Below are positions 13,382 through 27,430 of a stretch of DNA of 64,000 bases, piece by piece (within the stretch, counting starts at the first letter, position 1; each line of letters begins with the position of its first letter). Origin of the DNA: Gordius albopunctatus (lineage: Eukaryota); NCBI GenBank assembly GCA_964276515.1, contig OZ193910.1:7750001-7814000 (forward strand), written 5' to 3'. Below the pieces are notes generated by a model that was not told the origin of the DNA, did not search any database, and saw only the letters and a list, made by a program, of their open reading frames with translations. A program made the translations under genes and the position numbers.

Positions 13382-16300
13382 CCTCTTATACCGAAAACTT
13401 TCATGAGAGCTATATGGTTGAACAAAAAAATTGAAAAAATTTTGAGGTCGAAAAAATTATTATTTTTCATATTCTTTCGAAAGGGAGATGAAAAAATCTT
13501 TAAAAGTTAGTAAATATTCTTAGCATTTTGTCCTTGTTAGAATCTTGATAGGAATATATGCGTGGGGGGATGTTTGAGATTGAGAGAAATTAAAATTTTC
13601 GTGTTACGTTTATATTGTTTCAATATCGCTTTATAAGCGTGTCTCTAGTTTTAGTGAAACAAGCTCTATGCGATCGTGATTTAGAGTTAATAATTTTTGA
13701 TGACTGATCAAAAAAATGTTTTTCAAGGAATTCACCTCTTATACCGAAAACTTTCATGAGAGCTATATGGTTGAACAAAAAAATTGAAAAAATTTTGAGG
13801 TCGAAAAAATTATTATTTTTCATATTCTTTCGAAAGGGAGATGAATAAATCTTTAAAAGTTAGTAAATATTCTTAGCATTTTGTCCTTGTTAGAATCTTG
13901 ATAGGAATTTATCCTTGGGGGGATGTTTGAGATTGAGAGAAATTAAAATTTTCGTGTTGCGTTTATATTGTTTCAATATCGCTTTATAAGCGTGTCTCTA
14001 GTTTTAGTGAAACAAGCTCTATGCGATCGTGATTTAGAGTTAATAATTTTTGATGACTGATCAAAAAAATGTTTTTCAAGGAATTCACCTCTTATACCGA
14101 AAACTTTCATGAGAGCTATATGGTTGAACAAAAAAATTGAAAAAATTTTGAGGTCGAAAAAATTATTATTTTTCATATTCTTTCGAAAGGGAGATGAAAA
14201 AATCTTTAAAAGTTAGTAAATATTCTTAGCATATTGTCCTCGTTAGAATCTTGATAGGAATTTATGCGTGGGGGGATGTTTGAGATTGAGAGAAATTAAA
14301 ATTTTCGTGCTGCGTTTATATTGTTTCAATATCGCTTTATAAGCGTGTCTCTAGTTTTAGTGAAACAAGCTCGATGCGATCGTGATTTAGAGTTAATAAT
14401 TTTTGATGACTGATCAAAAAAATGTTTTTCAAGCAATTCACCTGTTATACCGAAAACTTTCATGAGAGCTATATGGTTGAACAAAAAAATTGAAAAAATT
14501 TTGAGGTCGAAAAAAATATTATTTTTCAAATTCTTTCGAAAGGATGATGAAAAAATCTTTAAAAGTTAGTAAATATTCTTAGCATTTTGTCCTTGTTAGA
14601 ATATTGATAGAAATTTATGCGTGGGGGGATGTTTTAGATTGAGAGAAATTAAAATTTAGGTGTTGCGTTTATATTGTTTCAATATCGCTTTATAAGCGTG
14701 TCTCTAGTTTTAGTGAAACAAGCTCTATGCGATCGTGATTTAGAGATAATAATTTTTGACGACTGATCAAAAAAATGTTTTTAAAGGAATTCACCTCTTA
14801 TACCGAAAACTTTCATGAGAGCTATATGGTTGAACAAAAAAATAGAAAAAATTTTGAGGTCGAAAAAATTATTATTTTTCATATTCTTTCGAAAGGGAGA
14901 TGAAAAAATCTTTAAAAGTTAGTAAATATTCTTAGCATTTTGTCCTTGTTAGAATCTTGAAAGGAATTTATGCGTGGGGGGATGTTTGAGATTGAGAGAA
15001 ATTAAAATTTAGGTGTTGCGTTTATATTGTTTCAATATCGCTTTATAAGCGTGTCTCTAGTTTTAGTGAAACAAGCTCTATGCGATCGTGATTTAGAGAT
15101 AATAATTTTTGACGACTGATCAAAAAAATGTTTTTAAAGGAATTCACCTCTTATACCGAAAACTTTCATGAGAGCTATATGGTTGAACAAAAAAATAGAA
15201 AAAATTTTGAGGTCGAAAAAATTATTATTTTTCAAATTCTTTCGAAAGGATGATGAAAAAATCTTTAAAAGTTAGTAAATATTCTTAGCATTTTGTCCTT
15301 GTTAGAATATTGATAGAAATTTATGCGTGGGGGGATGTTTTAGATTGAGAGAAATTAAAATTTAGGTGTTGCGTTTATATTGTTTCAATATCGCTTTATA
15401 AGCGTGTCTCTAGTTTTAGTGAAACAAGCTCTATGCGATCGTGATTTAGAGATAATAATTTTTGACGACTGATCAAAAAAATGTTTTTAAAGGAATTCAC
15501 CTCTTATACCGAAAACTTTCATGAGAGCTATATGGTTGAACAAAAAAATTGAAAAAATTTTGAGGTCGAAAAAATAATATTTTTCATATTTTTTCGAAAG
15601 GGAGATGAAAAAATCTTTAAAAGTTAGTAAATATTCTTAGCATTTTGTCCTTGTTTGAATATTGATAGAAATTTATGCGTGGGGGGATGTTTGAGATTGA
15701 GAGAAATTAAAATTTTCGTGCTGCGTTTATATTGTTTCAATATCGCTTTATAAGCGTGTCTCTAGTTTTAGTGAAACAAGCTCGATGCGATCGTGATTTA
15801 GAGATAATAATTTTTGACGACTGATCAAAAAAATGTTTTTAAAGGAATTCACCTCTTATACCGAAAACTTTCATGAGAGCTATATGGTTGAACAAAAAAA
15901 TTGAAAAAATTTTGAGGTCGAAAAAATTATTATTTTTCAAATTCTTTCGAAAGGATGATGAAAAAATCTTTAAAAGTTAGTAAATATTCTTAGCATTTTG
16001 TCCTTGTTAGAATATTGATAGAAATTTATGCGTGGGGGGATGTTTTAGATTGAGAGAAATTAAAATTTAGGTGTTGCGTTTATATTGTTTCAATATCGCT
16101 TTATAAGCGTGTCTCTAGTTTTAGTGAAACAAGCTCTATGCGATCGTGATTTAGAGATAATAATTTTTGACGACTGATCAAAAAAATGTTTTTAAAGGAA
16201 TTCACCTCTTATACCGAAAACTTTCATGAGAGCTATATGGTTGAACAAAAAAATTGAAAAAATTTTGAGGTCGAAAAAATAATATTTTTCATATTTTTTC

Positions 16301-19300
16301 GAAAGGGAGATGAAAAAATCTTTAAAAGTTAGTAAATATTCTTAGCATTTTGTCCTTGTTTGAATATTGATAGAAATTTATGCGTGGGGGGATGTTTGAG
16401 ATTGAGAGAAATTAAAATTTTCGTGCTGCGTTTATATTGTTTCAATATCGCTTTATAAGCGTGTCTCTAGTTTTAGTGAAACAAGCTCGATGCGATCGTG
16501 ATTTAGAGTTAATAATTTTTGATGACTGATCAAAAAAATGTTTTTCAAGGAATTCACCTCTTATACCGAAAACTTTCATGAGAGCTATATGGTTGAACAA
16601 AAAAATTGAAAAAATTTTGAGGTCGAAAAAATTATTATTTTTCATATTCTTTCGAAAGGGAGATGAAAAAATCTTTAAAAGTTAGTAAATATTCTTAGCA
16701 TATTGTCCTCGTTAGAATCTTGATAGGAATTTATGCGTGGGGGGATGTTTTAGATTGAGAGAAATTAAAATTTTCGTGCTGCGTTTAGTTTGTTTCAATA
16801 TCGCTTTATAAGCGTGTCTCTAGTTTTAGTGAAACAAGCTCTATGCGATCGTGATTTACAGTTAATAATTTTTGATGACTGATCAAAAAAATGTTTTTCA
16901 AGGAATTCACCTCTTATACCGAAAACTTTCATGAGAGCTATATGGTTGAACAAAAAAATTGAAAAAATTTTGAGGTCGAAAAAAATATTATTTTTCAAAT
17001 TCTTTCGAAAGGGAGATGAAAAAATCTTTAAATGTTAGTAAATATTCTTAGCATTTTGTCCTTGTTAGAATCTTGAAAGGAATTTATGCGTGGGGGGATG
17101 TTTTAGATTGAGAGAAATTAAAATTTAGGTGTTGCGTTTATATTGTTTCATTATCGCTTTATAATCGAGCTCTATGCGATCGTGATTTAGAGTTAATAAT
17201 TTTTGATGACTGATCAAAAAAATGTTTTTCAAGGAATTCATCTCTTATACCGAAAACTTTCATGAGAGCTATATGGTTGAACAAAAAAATTGAAAAAATT
17301 TTGAGGTCGAAAAAATAATATTTTTCATATTTTTTCGAAAGGGAGATGAAAAAATCTTTAAAAGTTAGTAAATATTCTTAGCATTTTGTCCTTGTTTGAA
17401 TATTGATAGAAATTTATGCGTGGGGGGATGTTTGAGATTGAGAGAAATTAAAATTTTCGTGCTGCGTTTATATTGTTTCAATATCGCTTTATAAGCGTGT
17501 CTCTAGTTTTAGTGAAACAAGCTCGATGCGATCGTGATTTAGAGTTAATAATTTTTGATGACTGATCAAAAAAATGTTTTTCAAGGAATTCACCTCTTAT
17601 ACCGAAAACTTTCATGAGAGCTATATGGTTGAACAAAAAAATTGAAAAAATTTTGAGGTCGAAAAAAATATTATTTTTCAAATTCTTTCGAAAGGGAGAT
17701 GAAAAAATCTTTAAAAGTTAGTAAATATTCTTAGAATTTTGTCCTTGTTAGAATCTTGATAGGAATTTTTGCGTTGGCGATGTTTGAGATTGAGAGAAAT
17801 TAAAATTTTCGTGCTGCGTTTAGTTTGTTTCAATATCGCTTTATAAGCGTGTCTCTAGTTTTAGTGAAACAAGCTCTATGCGATCGTGATTTACAGTTAA
17901 TAATTTTTGATGACTGATCAAAAAAATGTTTTTCAAGGAATTCACCTCTTATACCGAAAACTTTCATGAGAGCTATATGGTTGAACAAAAAAATTGAAAA
18001 AATTTTGAGGTCGAAAAAAATATTATTTTTCAAATTCTTTCGAAAGGGAGATGAAAAAATCTTTAAAAGTTAGTAAATATTCTTAGAATTTTGTCCTTGT
18101 TAGAATCTTGATAGGAATTTTTGCGTTGGCGATGTTTGAGATTGAGAGAAATTAAAATTTTCGTGCTGCGTTTAGTTTGTTTCAATATCGCTTTATAAGC
18201 GTGTCTCTAGTTTTAGTGAAACAAGCTCTATGCGATCGTGATTTACAGTTAATAATTTTTGATGACTGATCAAAAAAATGTTTTTCAAGGAATTCACCTC
18301 TTATACCGAAAACTTTCATGAGAGCTATATGGTTGAACAAAAAAATTGAAAAAATTTTGAGGTCGAAAAAATTATTATTTTTCATATTCTTTCGAAAGGG
18401 AGATGAAAAAATCTTTAAAAGTTAGTAAATATTCTTAGCATTTTGTCCTTGTTAGAATCTTGATAGGAATATATGCGTGGGGGGATGTTTGAGATTGAGA
18501 GAAATTAAAATTTTCGTGTTACGTTTATATTGTTTCAATATCGCTTTATAAGCGTGTCTCTAGTTTTAGTGAAACAAGCTCTATGCGATCGTGATTTAGA
18601 GTTAATAATTTTTGATGACTGATCAAAAAAATGTTTTTCAAGGAATTCACCTCTTATACCGAAAACTTTCATGAGAGCTATATGGTTGAACAAAAAAAGT
18701 GAAAAAATTTTGAGGTCGAAAAAATTATTATTTTTCATATTCTTTCGAAAGGGAGATGAATAAATCTTTAAAAGTTAGTAAATATTCTTAGCATTTTGTC
18801 CTTGTTAGAATCTTGATAGGAATTTATCCTTGGGGGGATGTTTGAGATTGAGAGAAATTAAAATTTTCGTGTTGCGTTTATATTGTTTCAATATCGCTTT
18901 ATAAGCGTGTCTCTAGTTTTAGTGAAACAAGCTCTATGCGATCGTGATTTAGAGTTAATAATTTTTGATGACTGATCAAAAAAATGTTTTTCAAGGAATT
19001 CACCTCTTATACCGAAAACTTTCATGAGAGCTATATGGTTGAACAAAAAAATTGAAAAAATTTTGAGGTCGAAAAAATTATTATTTTTCATATTCTTTCG
19101 AAAGGGAGATGAAAAAATCTTTAAAAGTTAGTAAATATTCTTAGCATATTGTCCTCGTTAGAATCTTGATAGGAATTTATGCGTGGGGGGATGTTTGAGA
19201 TTGAGAGAAATTAAAATTTTCGTGCTGCGTTTATATTGTTTCAATATCGCTTTATAAGCGTGTCTCTAGTTTTAGTGAAACAAGCTCGATGCGATCGTGA

Positions 19301-21949
19301 TTTAGAGTTAATAATTTTTGATGACTGATCAAAAAAATGTTTTTCAAGCAATTCACCTGTTATACCGAAAACTTTCATGAGAGCTATATGGTTGAACAAA
19401 AAAATTGAAAAAATTTTGAGGTCGAAAAAAATATTATTTTTCAAATTCTTTCGAAAGGATGATGAAAAAATCTTTAAAAGTTAGTAAATATTCTTAGCAT
19501 TTTGTCCTTGTTAGAATATTGATAGAAATTTATGCGTGGGGGGATGTTTTAGATTGAGAGAAATTAAAATTTAGGTGTTGCGTTTATATTGTTTCAATAT
19601 CGCTTTATAAGCGTGTCTCTAGTTTTAGTGAAACAAGCTCTATGCGATCGTGATTTAGAGATAATAATTTTTGACGACTGATCAAAAAAATGTTTTTAAA
19701 GGAATTCACCTCTTATACCGAAAACTTTCATGAGAGCTATATGGTTGAACAAAAAAATAGAAAAAATTTTGAGGTCGAAAAAATTATTATTTTTCATATT
19801 CTTTCGAAAGGGAGATGAAAAAATCTTTAAAAGTTAGTAAATATTCTTAGCATTTTGTCCTTGTTAGAATCTTGAAAGGAATTTATGCGTGGGGGGATGT
19901 TTGAGATTGAGAGAAATTAAAATTTAGGTGTTGCGTTTATATTGTTTCAATATCGCTTTATAAGCGTGTCTCTAGTTTTAGTGAAACAAGCTCTATGCGA
20001 TCGTGATTTAGAGATAATAATTTTTGACGACTGATCAAAAAAATGTTTTTAAAGGAATTCACCTCTTATACCGAAAACTTTCATGAGAGCTATATGGTTG
20101 AACAAAAAAATAGAAAAAATTTTGAGGTCGAAAAAATTATTATTTTTCAAATTCTTTCGAAAGGATGATGAAAAAATCTTTAAAAGTTAGTAAATATTCT
20201 TAGCATTTTGTCCTTGTTAGAATATTGATAGAAATTTATGCGTGGGGGGATGTTTTAGATTGAGAGAAATTAAAATTTAGGTGTTGCGTTTATATTGTTT
20301 CAATATCGCTTTATAAGCGTGTCTCTAGTTTTAGTGAAACAAGCTCTGTGCGATCGTGATTTAGAGATAATAATTTTTGACGACTGATCAAAAAAATGTT
20401 TTTAAAGGAATTCACCTCTTATACCGAAAACTTTCATGAGAGCTATATGGTTGAACAAAAAAATTGAAAAAATTTTGAGGTCGAAAAAATAATATTTTTC
20501 ATATTTTTTCGAAAGGGAGATGAAAAAATCTTTAAAAGTTAGTAAATATTCTTAGCATTTTGTCCTTGTTTGAATATTGATAGAAATTTATGCGTGGGGG
20601 GATGTTTGAGATTGAGAGAAATTAAAATTTTCGTGCTGCGTTTATATTGTTTCAATATCGCTTTATAAGCGTGTCTCTAGTTTTAGTGAAACAAGCTCGA
20701 TGCGATCGTGATTTAGAGTTAATAATTTTTGATGACTGATCAAAAAAATGTTTTTCAAGGAATTCACCTCTTATACCGAAAACTTTCATGAGAGCTATAT
20801 GGTTGAACAAAAAAATTGAAAAAATTTTGAGGTCGAAAAAATTATTATTTTTCATATTCTTTCGAAAGGGAGATGAAAAAATCTTTAAAAGTTAGTAAAT
20901 ATTCTTAGCATATTGTCCTCGTTAGAATCTTGATAGGAATTTATGCGTGGGGGGATGTTTTAGATTGAGAGAAATTAAAATTTTCGTGCTGCGTTTAGTT
21001 TGTTTCAATATCGCTTTATAAGCGTGTCTCTTGTTTTAGTGAAACAAGCTCTATGCGATCGTGATTTAGAGTTAATAATTTTTGATGACTGATCAAAAAA
21101 ATGTTTTTCAAGGAATTCACCTCTTATACCGAAAACTTTCATGAGAGCTATATGGTTGAACAAAAAAATTGAAAAAATTTTGAGGTCGAAAAAATTATTA
21201 TTTTTCATATTCTTTCGAAAGGGAGATGAAAAAATCTTTAAAAGTTAGTAAATATTCTTAGCATATTGTCCTCGTTAGAATCTTGATAGGAATTTATGCG
21301 TGGGGGGATGTTTGAGATTGAGAGAAATTAAAATTTTCGTGCTGCGTTTAGTTTGTTTCAATATCGCTTTATAAGCGTGTCTCTAGTTTTAGTGAAACAA
21401 GCTCTATGCGATCGTGATTTACAGTTAATAATTTTTGATGACTGATCAAAAAAATGTTTTTCAAGGAATTCACCTCTTATACCGAAAACTTTCATGAGAG
21501 CTATATGGTTGAACAAAAAAATTGAAAAAATTTTGAGGTCGAAAAAATTATTATTTTTCATATTCTTTCGAAAGGGAGATGAAAAAATCTTTAAAAGTTA
21601 GTAAATATTCTTAGCATATTGTCCTCGTTAGAATCTTGATAGGAATTTATGCGTGGGGGGATGTTTGAGATTGAGAGAAATTAAAATTTTCGTGCTGCGT
21701 TTAGTTTGTTTCAATATCGCTTTATAAGCGTGTCTCTAGTTTTAGTGAAACAAGCTCTATGCGATCGTGATTTACAGTTAATAATTTTTGATGACTGATC
21801 AAAAAAATGTTTTTCAAGGAATTCACCTCTTATACCGAAAACTTTCATGAGAGCTATATGGTTGAACAAAAAAATTGAAAAAATTTTGAGGTCGAAAAAA
21901 TTATTATTTTTCATATTCTTTCGAAAGGGAGATGAAAAAATCTTTAAAA

Positions 21950-24900
21950 GTTAGTAAATATTCTTAGCATTTTGTCCTTGTTAGAATCTTGATAGGAATA
22001 TATGCGTGGGGGGATGTTTGAGATTGAGAGAAATTAAAATTTTCGTGTTACGTTTATATTGTTTCAATATCGCTTTATAAGCGTGTCTCTAGTTTTAGTG
22101 AAACAAGCTCTATGCGATCGTGATTTAGAGTTAATAATTTTTGATGACTGATCAAAAAAATGTTTTTCAAGGAATTCACCTCTTATACCGAAAACTTTCA
22201 TGAGAGCTATATGGTTGAACAAAAAAAGTGAAAAAATTTTGAGGTCGAAAAAATTATTATTTTTCATATTCTTTCGAAAGGGAGATGAATAAATCTTTAA
22301 AAGTTAGTAAATATTCTTAGCATTTTGTCCTTGTTAGAATCTTGAAAGGAATTTATGCGTGGGGGGATGTTTTAGATTGAGAGAAATTAAAATTTAGGTG
22401 TTGCGTTTATATTGTTTCAATATCGCTTTATAAGCGTGTCTCTAGTTTTAGTGAAACAAGCTCTATGCGATCGTGATTTAGAGTTAATAATTTTTGATGA
22501 CTGATCAAAAAAATGTTTTTCAAGGAATTCACCTCTTATACCGAAAACTTTCATGAGAGCTATATGGTTGAACAAAAAAATTGAAAAAATTTTGAGGTCG
22601 AAAAAATTATTATTTTTCATATTCTTTCGAAAGGGAGATGAAAAAATCTTTAAAAGTTAGTAAATATTCTTAGCATATTGTCCTCGTTAGAATCTTGATA
22701 GGAATTTATGCGTGGGGGGATGTTTGAGATTGAGAGAAATTAAAATTTTCGTGCTGCGTTTATATTGTTTCAATATCGCTTTATAAGCGTGTCTCTAGTT
22801 TTAGTGAAACAAGCTCGATGCGATCGTGATTTAGAGTTAATAATTTTTGATGACTGATCAAAAAAATGTTTTTCAAGCAATTCACCTGTTATACCGAAAA
22901 CTTTCATGAGAGCTATATGGTTGAACAAAAAAATTGAAAAAATTTTGAGGTCGAAAAAAATATTATTTTTCAAATTCTTTCGAAAGGATGATGAAAAAAT
23001 CTTTAAAAGTTAGTAAATATTCTTAGAATTTTGTCCTTGTTAGAATATTGATAGAAATTTATGCGTGGGGGGATGTTTTAGATTGAGAGAAATTAAAATT
23101 TAGGTGTTGCGTTTATATTGTTTCAATATCGCTTTATAAGCGTGTCTCTAGTTTTAGTGAAACAAGCTCTATGCGATCGTGATTTAGAGATAATAATTTT
23201 TGACGACTGATCAAAAAAATGTTTTTAAAGGAATTCACCTCTTATACCGAAAACTTTCATGAGAGCTATATGGTTGAACAAAAAAATAGAAAAAATTTTG
23301 AGGTCGAAAAAATTTTTATTTTTCATATTCTTTCGAAAGGGAGATGAAAAAATCTTTAAAAGTTAGTAAATATTCTTAGAATTTTGTCCTTGTTAGAATC
23401 TTGAAAGGAATTTATGCGTGGGGGGATGTTTTAGATTGAGAGAAATTAAAATTTAGGTGTTGCGTTTATATTGTTTCAATATCGCTTTATAAGCGTGTCT
23501 CTAGTTTTAGTGAAACAAGCTCTATGCGATCGTGATTTAGAGTTAATAATTTTTGATGACTGATCAAAAAAATGTTTTTCAAGGAATTCACCTCTTATAC
23601 CGAAAACTTTCATGAGAGCTATATGGTTGAACAAAAAAATTGAAAAAATTTTGAGGTCGAAAAAATTATTATTTTTCATATTCTTTCGAAAGGGAGATGA
23701 AAAAATCTTTAAAAGTTAGTAAATATTCTTAGCATATTGTCCTCGTTAGAATCTTGATAGGAATTTATGCGTCGGGGGATGTTTTAGATTGAGAGAAATT
23801 AAAATTTTCGTGCTGCGTTTAGTTTGTTTCAATATCGCTTTATAAGCGTGTCTCTAGTTTTAGTGAAACAAGCTCTATGCGATCGTGATTTACAGTTAAT
23901 AATTTTTGACGACTGATCAAAAAAATGTTTTTAAAGGAATTCACCTCTTATACCGAAAACTTTCATGAGAGCTATATGGTTGAACAAAAAAATTGAAAAA
24001 ATTTTGAGGTCGAAAAAATAATATTTTTCATATTCTTTCGAAAGGGAGATGAAAAAATCTTTAAAAGTTAGTAAATATTCTTAGCATATTGTCCTCGTTA
24101 GAATCTTGATAGGAATTTATGCGTCGGGGGATGTTTTAGATTGAGAGAAATTAAAATTTTCGTGCTGCGTTTAGTTTGTTTCAATATCGCTTTATAAGCG
24201 TGTCTCTAGTTTTAGTGAAACAAGCTCTATGCGATCGTGATTTAGAGATAATAATTTTTGACGACTGATCAAAAAAATGTTTTTAAAGGAATTCACCTCT
24301 TATACCGAAAACTTTCATGAGAGCTATATGGTTGAACAAAAAAATAGAAAAAATTTTGAGGTCGAAAAAATTATTATTTTTCATATTCTTTCGAAAGGGA
24401 GATGAAAAAATCTTTAAAAGTTAGTAAATATTCTTAGCATTTTGTCCTTGTTAGAATCTTGAAAGGAATTTATGCGTGGGGGGATGTTTGAGATTGAGAG
24501 AAATTAAAATTTAGGTGTTGCGTTTATATTGTTTCAATATCGCTTTATAAGCGTGTCTCTAGTTTTAGTGAAACAAGCTCTATGCGATCGTGATTTAGAG
24601 ATAATAATTTTTGACGACTGATCAAAAAAATGTTTTTAAAGGAATTCACCTCTTATACCGAAAACTTTCATGAGAGCTATATGGTTGAACAAAAAAATAG
24701 AAAAAATTTTGAGGTCGAAAAAATTATTATTTTTCAAATTCTTTCGAAAGGATGATGAAAAAATCTTTAAAAGTTAGTAAATATTCTTAGCATTTTGTCC
24801 TTGTTAGAATATTGATAGAAATTTATGCGTGGGGGGATGTTTTAGATTGAGAGAAATTAAAATTTAGGTGTTGCGTTTATATTGTTTCAATATCGCTTTA

Positions 24901-27430
24901 TAAGCGTGTCTCTAGTTTTAGTGAAACAAGCTCTGTGCGATCGTGATTTAGAGATAATAATTTTTGACGACTGATCAAAAAAATGTTTTTAAAGGAATTC
25001 ACCTCTTATACCGAAAACTTTCATGAGAGCTATATGGTTGAACAAAAAAATTGAAAAAATTTTGAGGTCGAAAAAATAATATTTTTCATATTTTTTCGAA
25101 AGGGAGATGAAAAAATCTTTAAAAGTTAGTAAATATTCTTAGCATTTTGTCCTTGTTTGAATATTGATAGAAATTTATGCGTGGGGGGATGTTTGAGATT
25201 GAGAGAAATTAAAATTTTCGTGCTGCGTTTATATTGTTTCAATATCGCTTTATAAGCGTGTCTCTAGTTTTAGTGAAACAAGCTCGATGCGATCGTGATT
25301 TAGAGTTAATAATTTTTGATGACTGATCAAAAAAATGTTTTTCAAGGAATTCACCTCTTATACCGAAAACTTTCATGAGAGCTATATGGTTGAACAAAAA
25401 AAGTGAAAAAATTTTGAGGTCGAAAAAATTATTATTTTTCATATTCTTTCGAAAGGGAGATGAAAAAATCTTTAAAAGTTAGTAAATATTCTTAGCATTT
25501 TGTCCTTGTTAGAATCTTGATAGGAATATATGCGTGGGGGGATGTTTGAGATTGAGAGAAATTAAAATTTTCGTGTTACGTTTATATTGTTTCAATATCG
25601 CTTTATAAGCGTGTCTCTAGTTTTAGTGAAACAAGCTCTATGCGATCGTGATTTAGAGTTAATAATTTTTGATGACTGATCAAAAAAATGTTTTTCAAGG
25701 AATTCACCTCTTATACCGAAAACTTTCATGAGAGCTATATGGTTGAACAAAAAAAGTGAAAAAATTTTGAGGTCGAAAAAATTATTATTTTTCATATTCT
25801 TTCGAAAGGGAGATGAATAAATCTTTAAAAGTTAGTAAATATTCTTAGCATTTTGTCCTTGTTAGAATCTTGAAAGGAATTTATGCGTGGGGGGATGTTT
25901 TAGATTGAGAGAAATTAAAATTTAGGTGTTGCGTTTATATTGTTTCAATATCGCTTTATAAGCGTGTCTCTAGTTTTAGTGAAACAAGCTCTATGCGATC
26001 GTGATTTAGAGTTAATAATTTTTGATGACTGATCAAAAAAATGTTTTTCAAGGAATTCACCTCTTATACCGAAAACTTTCATGAGAGCTATATGGTTGAA
26101 CAAAAAAATTGAAAAAATTTTGAGGTCGAAAAAATTATTATTTTTCATATTCTTTCGAAAGGGAGATGAAAAAATCTTTAAAAGTTAGTAAATATTCTTA
26201 GCATATTGTCCTCGTTAGAATCTTGATAGGAATTTATGCGTGGGGGGATGTTTGAGATTGAGAGAAATTAAAATTTTCGTGCTGCGTTTATATTGTTTCA
26301 ATATCGCTTTATAAGCGTGTCTCTAGTTTTAGTGAAACAAGCTCGATGCGATCGTGATTTAGAGTTAATAATTTTTGATGACTGATCAAAAAAATGTTTT
26401 TCAAGCAATTCACCTGTTATACCGAAAACTTTCATGAGAGCTATATGGTTGAACAAAAAAATTGAAAAAATTTTGAGGTCGAAAAAAATATTATTTTTCA
26501 AATTCTTTCGAAAGGATGATGAAAAAATCTTTAAAAGTTAGTAAATATTCTTAGAATTTTGTCCTTGTTAGAATATTGATAGAAATTTATGCGTGGGGGG
26601 ATGTTTTAGATTGAGAGAAATTAAAATTTAGGTGTTGCGTTTATATTGTTTCAATATCGCTTTATAAGCGTGTCTCTAGTTTTAGTGAAACAAGCTCTAT
26701 GCGATCGTGATTTAGAGATAATAATTTTTGACGACTGATCAAAAAAATGTTTTTAAAGGAATTCACCTCTTATACCGAAAACTTTCATGAGAGCTATATG
26801 GTTGAACAAAAAAATAGAAAAAATTTTGAGGTCGAAAAAATTTTTATTTTTCATATTCTTTCGAAAGGGAGATGAAAAAATCTTTAAAAGTTAGTAAATA
26901 TTCTTAGAATTTTGTCCTTGTTAGAATCTTGAAAGGAATTTATGCGTGGGGGGATGTTTTAGATTGAGAGAAATTAAAATTTAGGTGTTGCGTTTATATT
27001 GTTTCAATATCGCTTTATAAGCGTGTCTCTAGTTTTAGTGAAACAAGCTCTATGCGATCGTGATTTAGAGTTAATAATTTTTGATGACTGATCAAAAAAA
27101 TGTTTTTCAAGGAATTCACCTCTTATACCGAAAACTTTCATGAGAGCTATATGGTTGAACAAAAAAATTGAAAAAATTTTGAGGTCGAAAAAATTATTAT
27201 TTTTCATATTCTTTCGAAAGGGAGATGAAAAAATCTTTAAAAGTTAGTAAATATTCTTAGCATATTGTCCTCGTTAGAATCTTGATAGGAATTTATGCGT
27301 CGGGGGATGTTTTAGATTGAGAGAAATTAAAATTTTCGTGCTGCGTTTAGTTTGTTTCAATATCGCTTTATAAGCGTGTCTCTAGTTTTAGTGAAACAAG
27401 CTCTATGCGATCGTGATTTACAGTTAATAA
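21950..27430. repeat. Partial 10-monomer duplication, period 3,528 bp (~21950-23900 matches ~25480-27430)
   Basis: ORF coordinates 22064/25592, 22417/25945, 22770/26298 and 23476/27004 pair up. Markers AAAAGTGAAA, GATGAATAAA and GCGTCGGGGG are shared. Confidence 0.85.

Larger units (their letters stand above)
1..18260. repeat. 29-monomer higher-order duplication, period 10,229 bp (1..~8030 matches 10230..~18260); probably continues left of the window
   Basis: ORF coordinates shift by exactly 10,229 (172/10401, 1933/12162, 3391/13620, 6213/16442, 7953/18182). Rare markers recur at the same offset: 2-bp insertion (~2555/12784), 46-bp duplication (3061/13290), 22-bp deletion (6938/17167). Confidence 0.95.
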
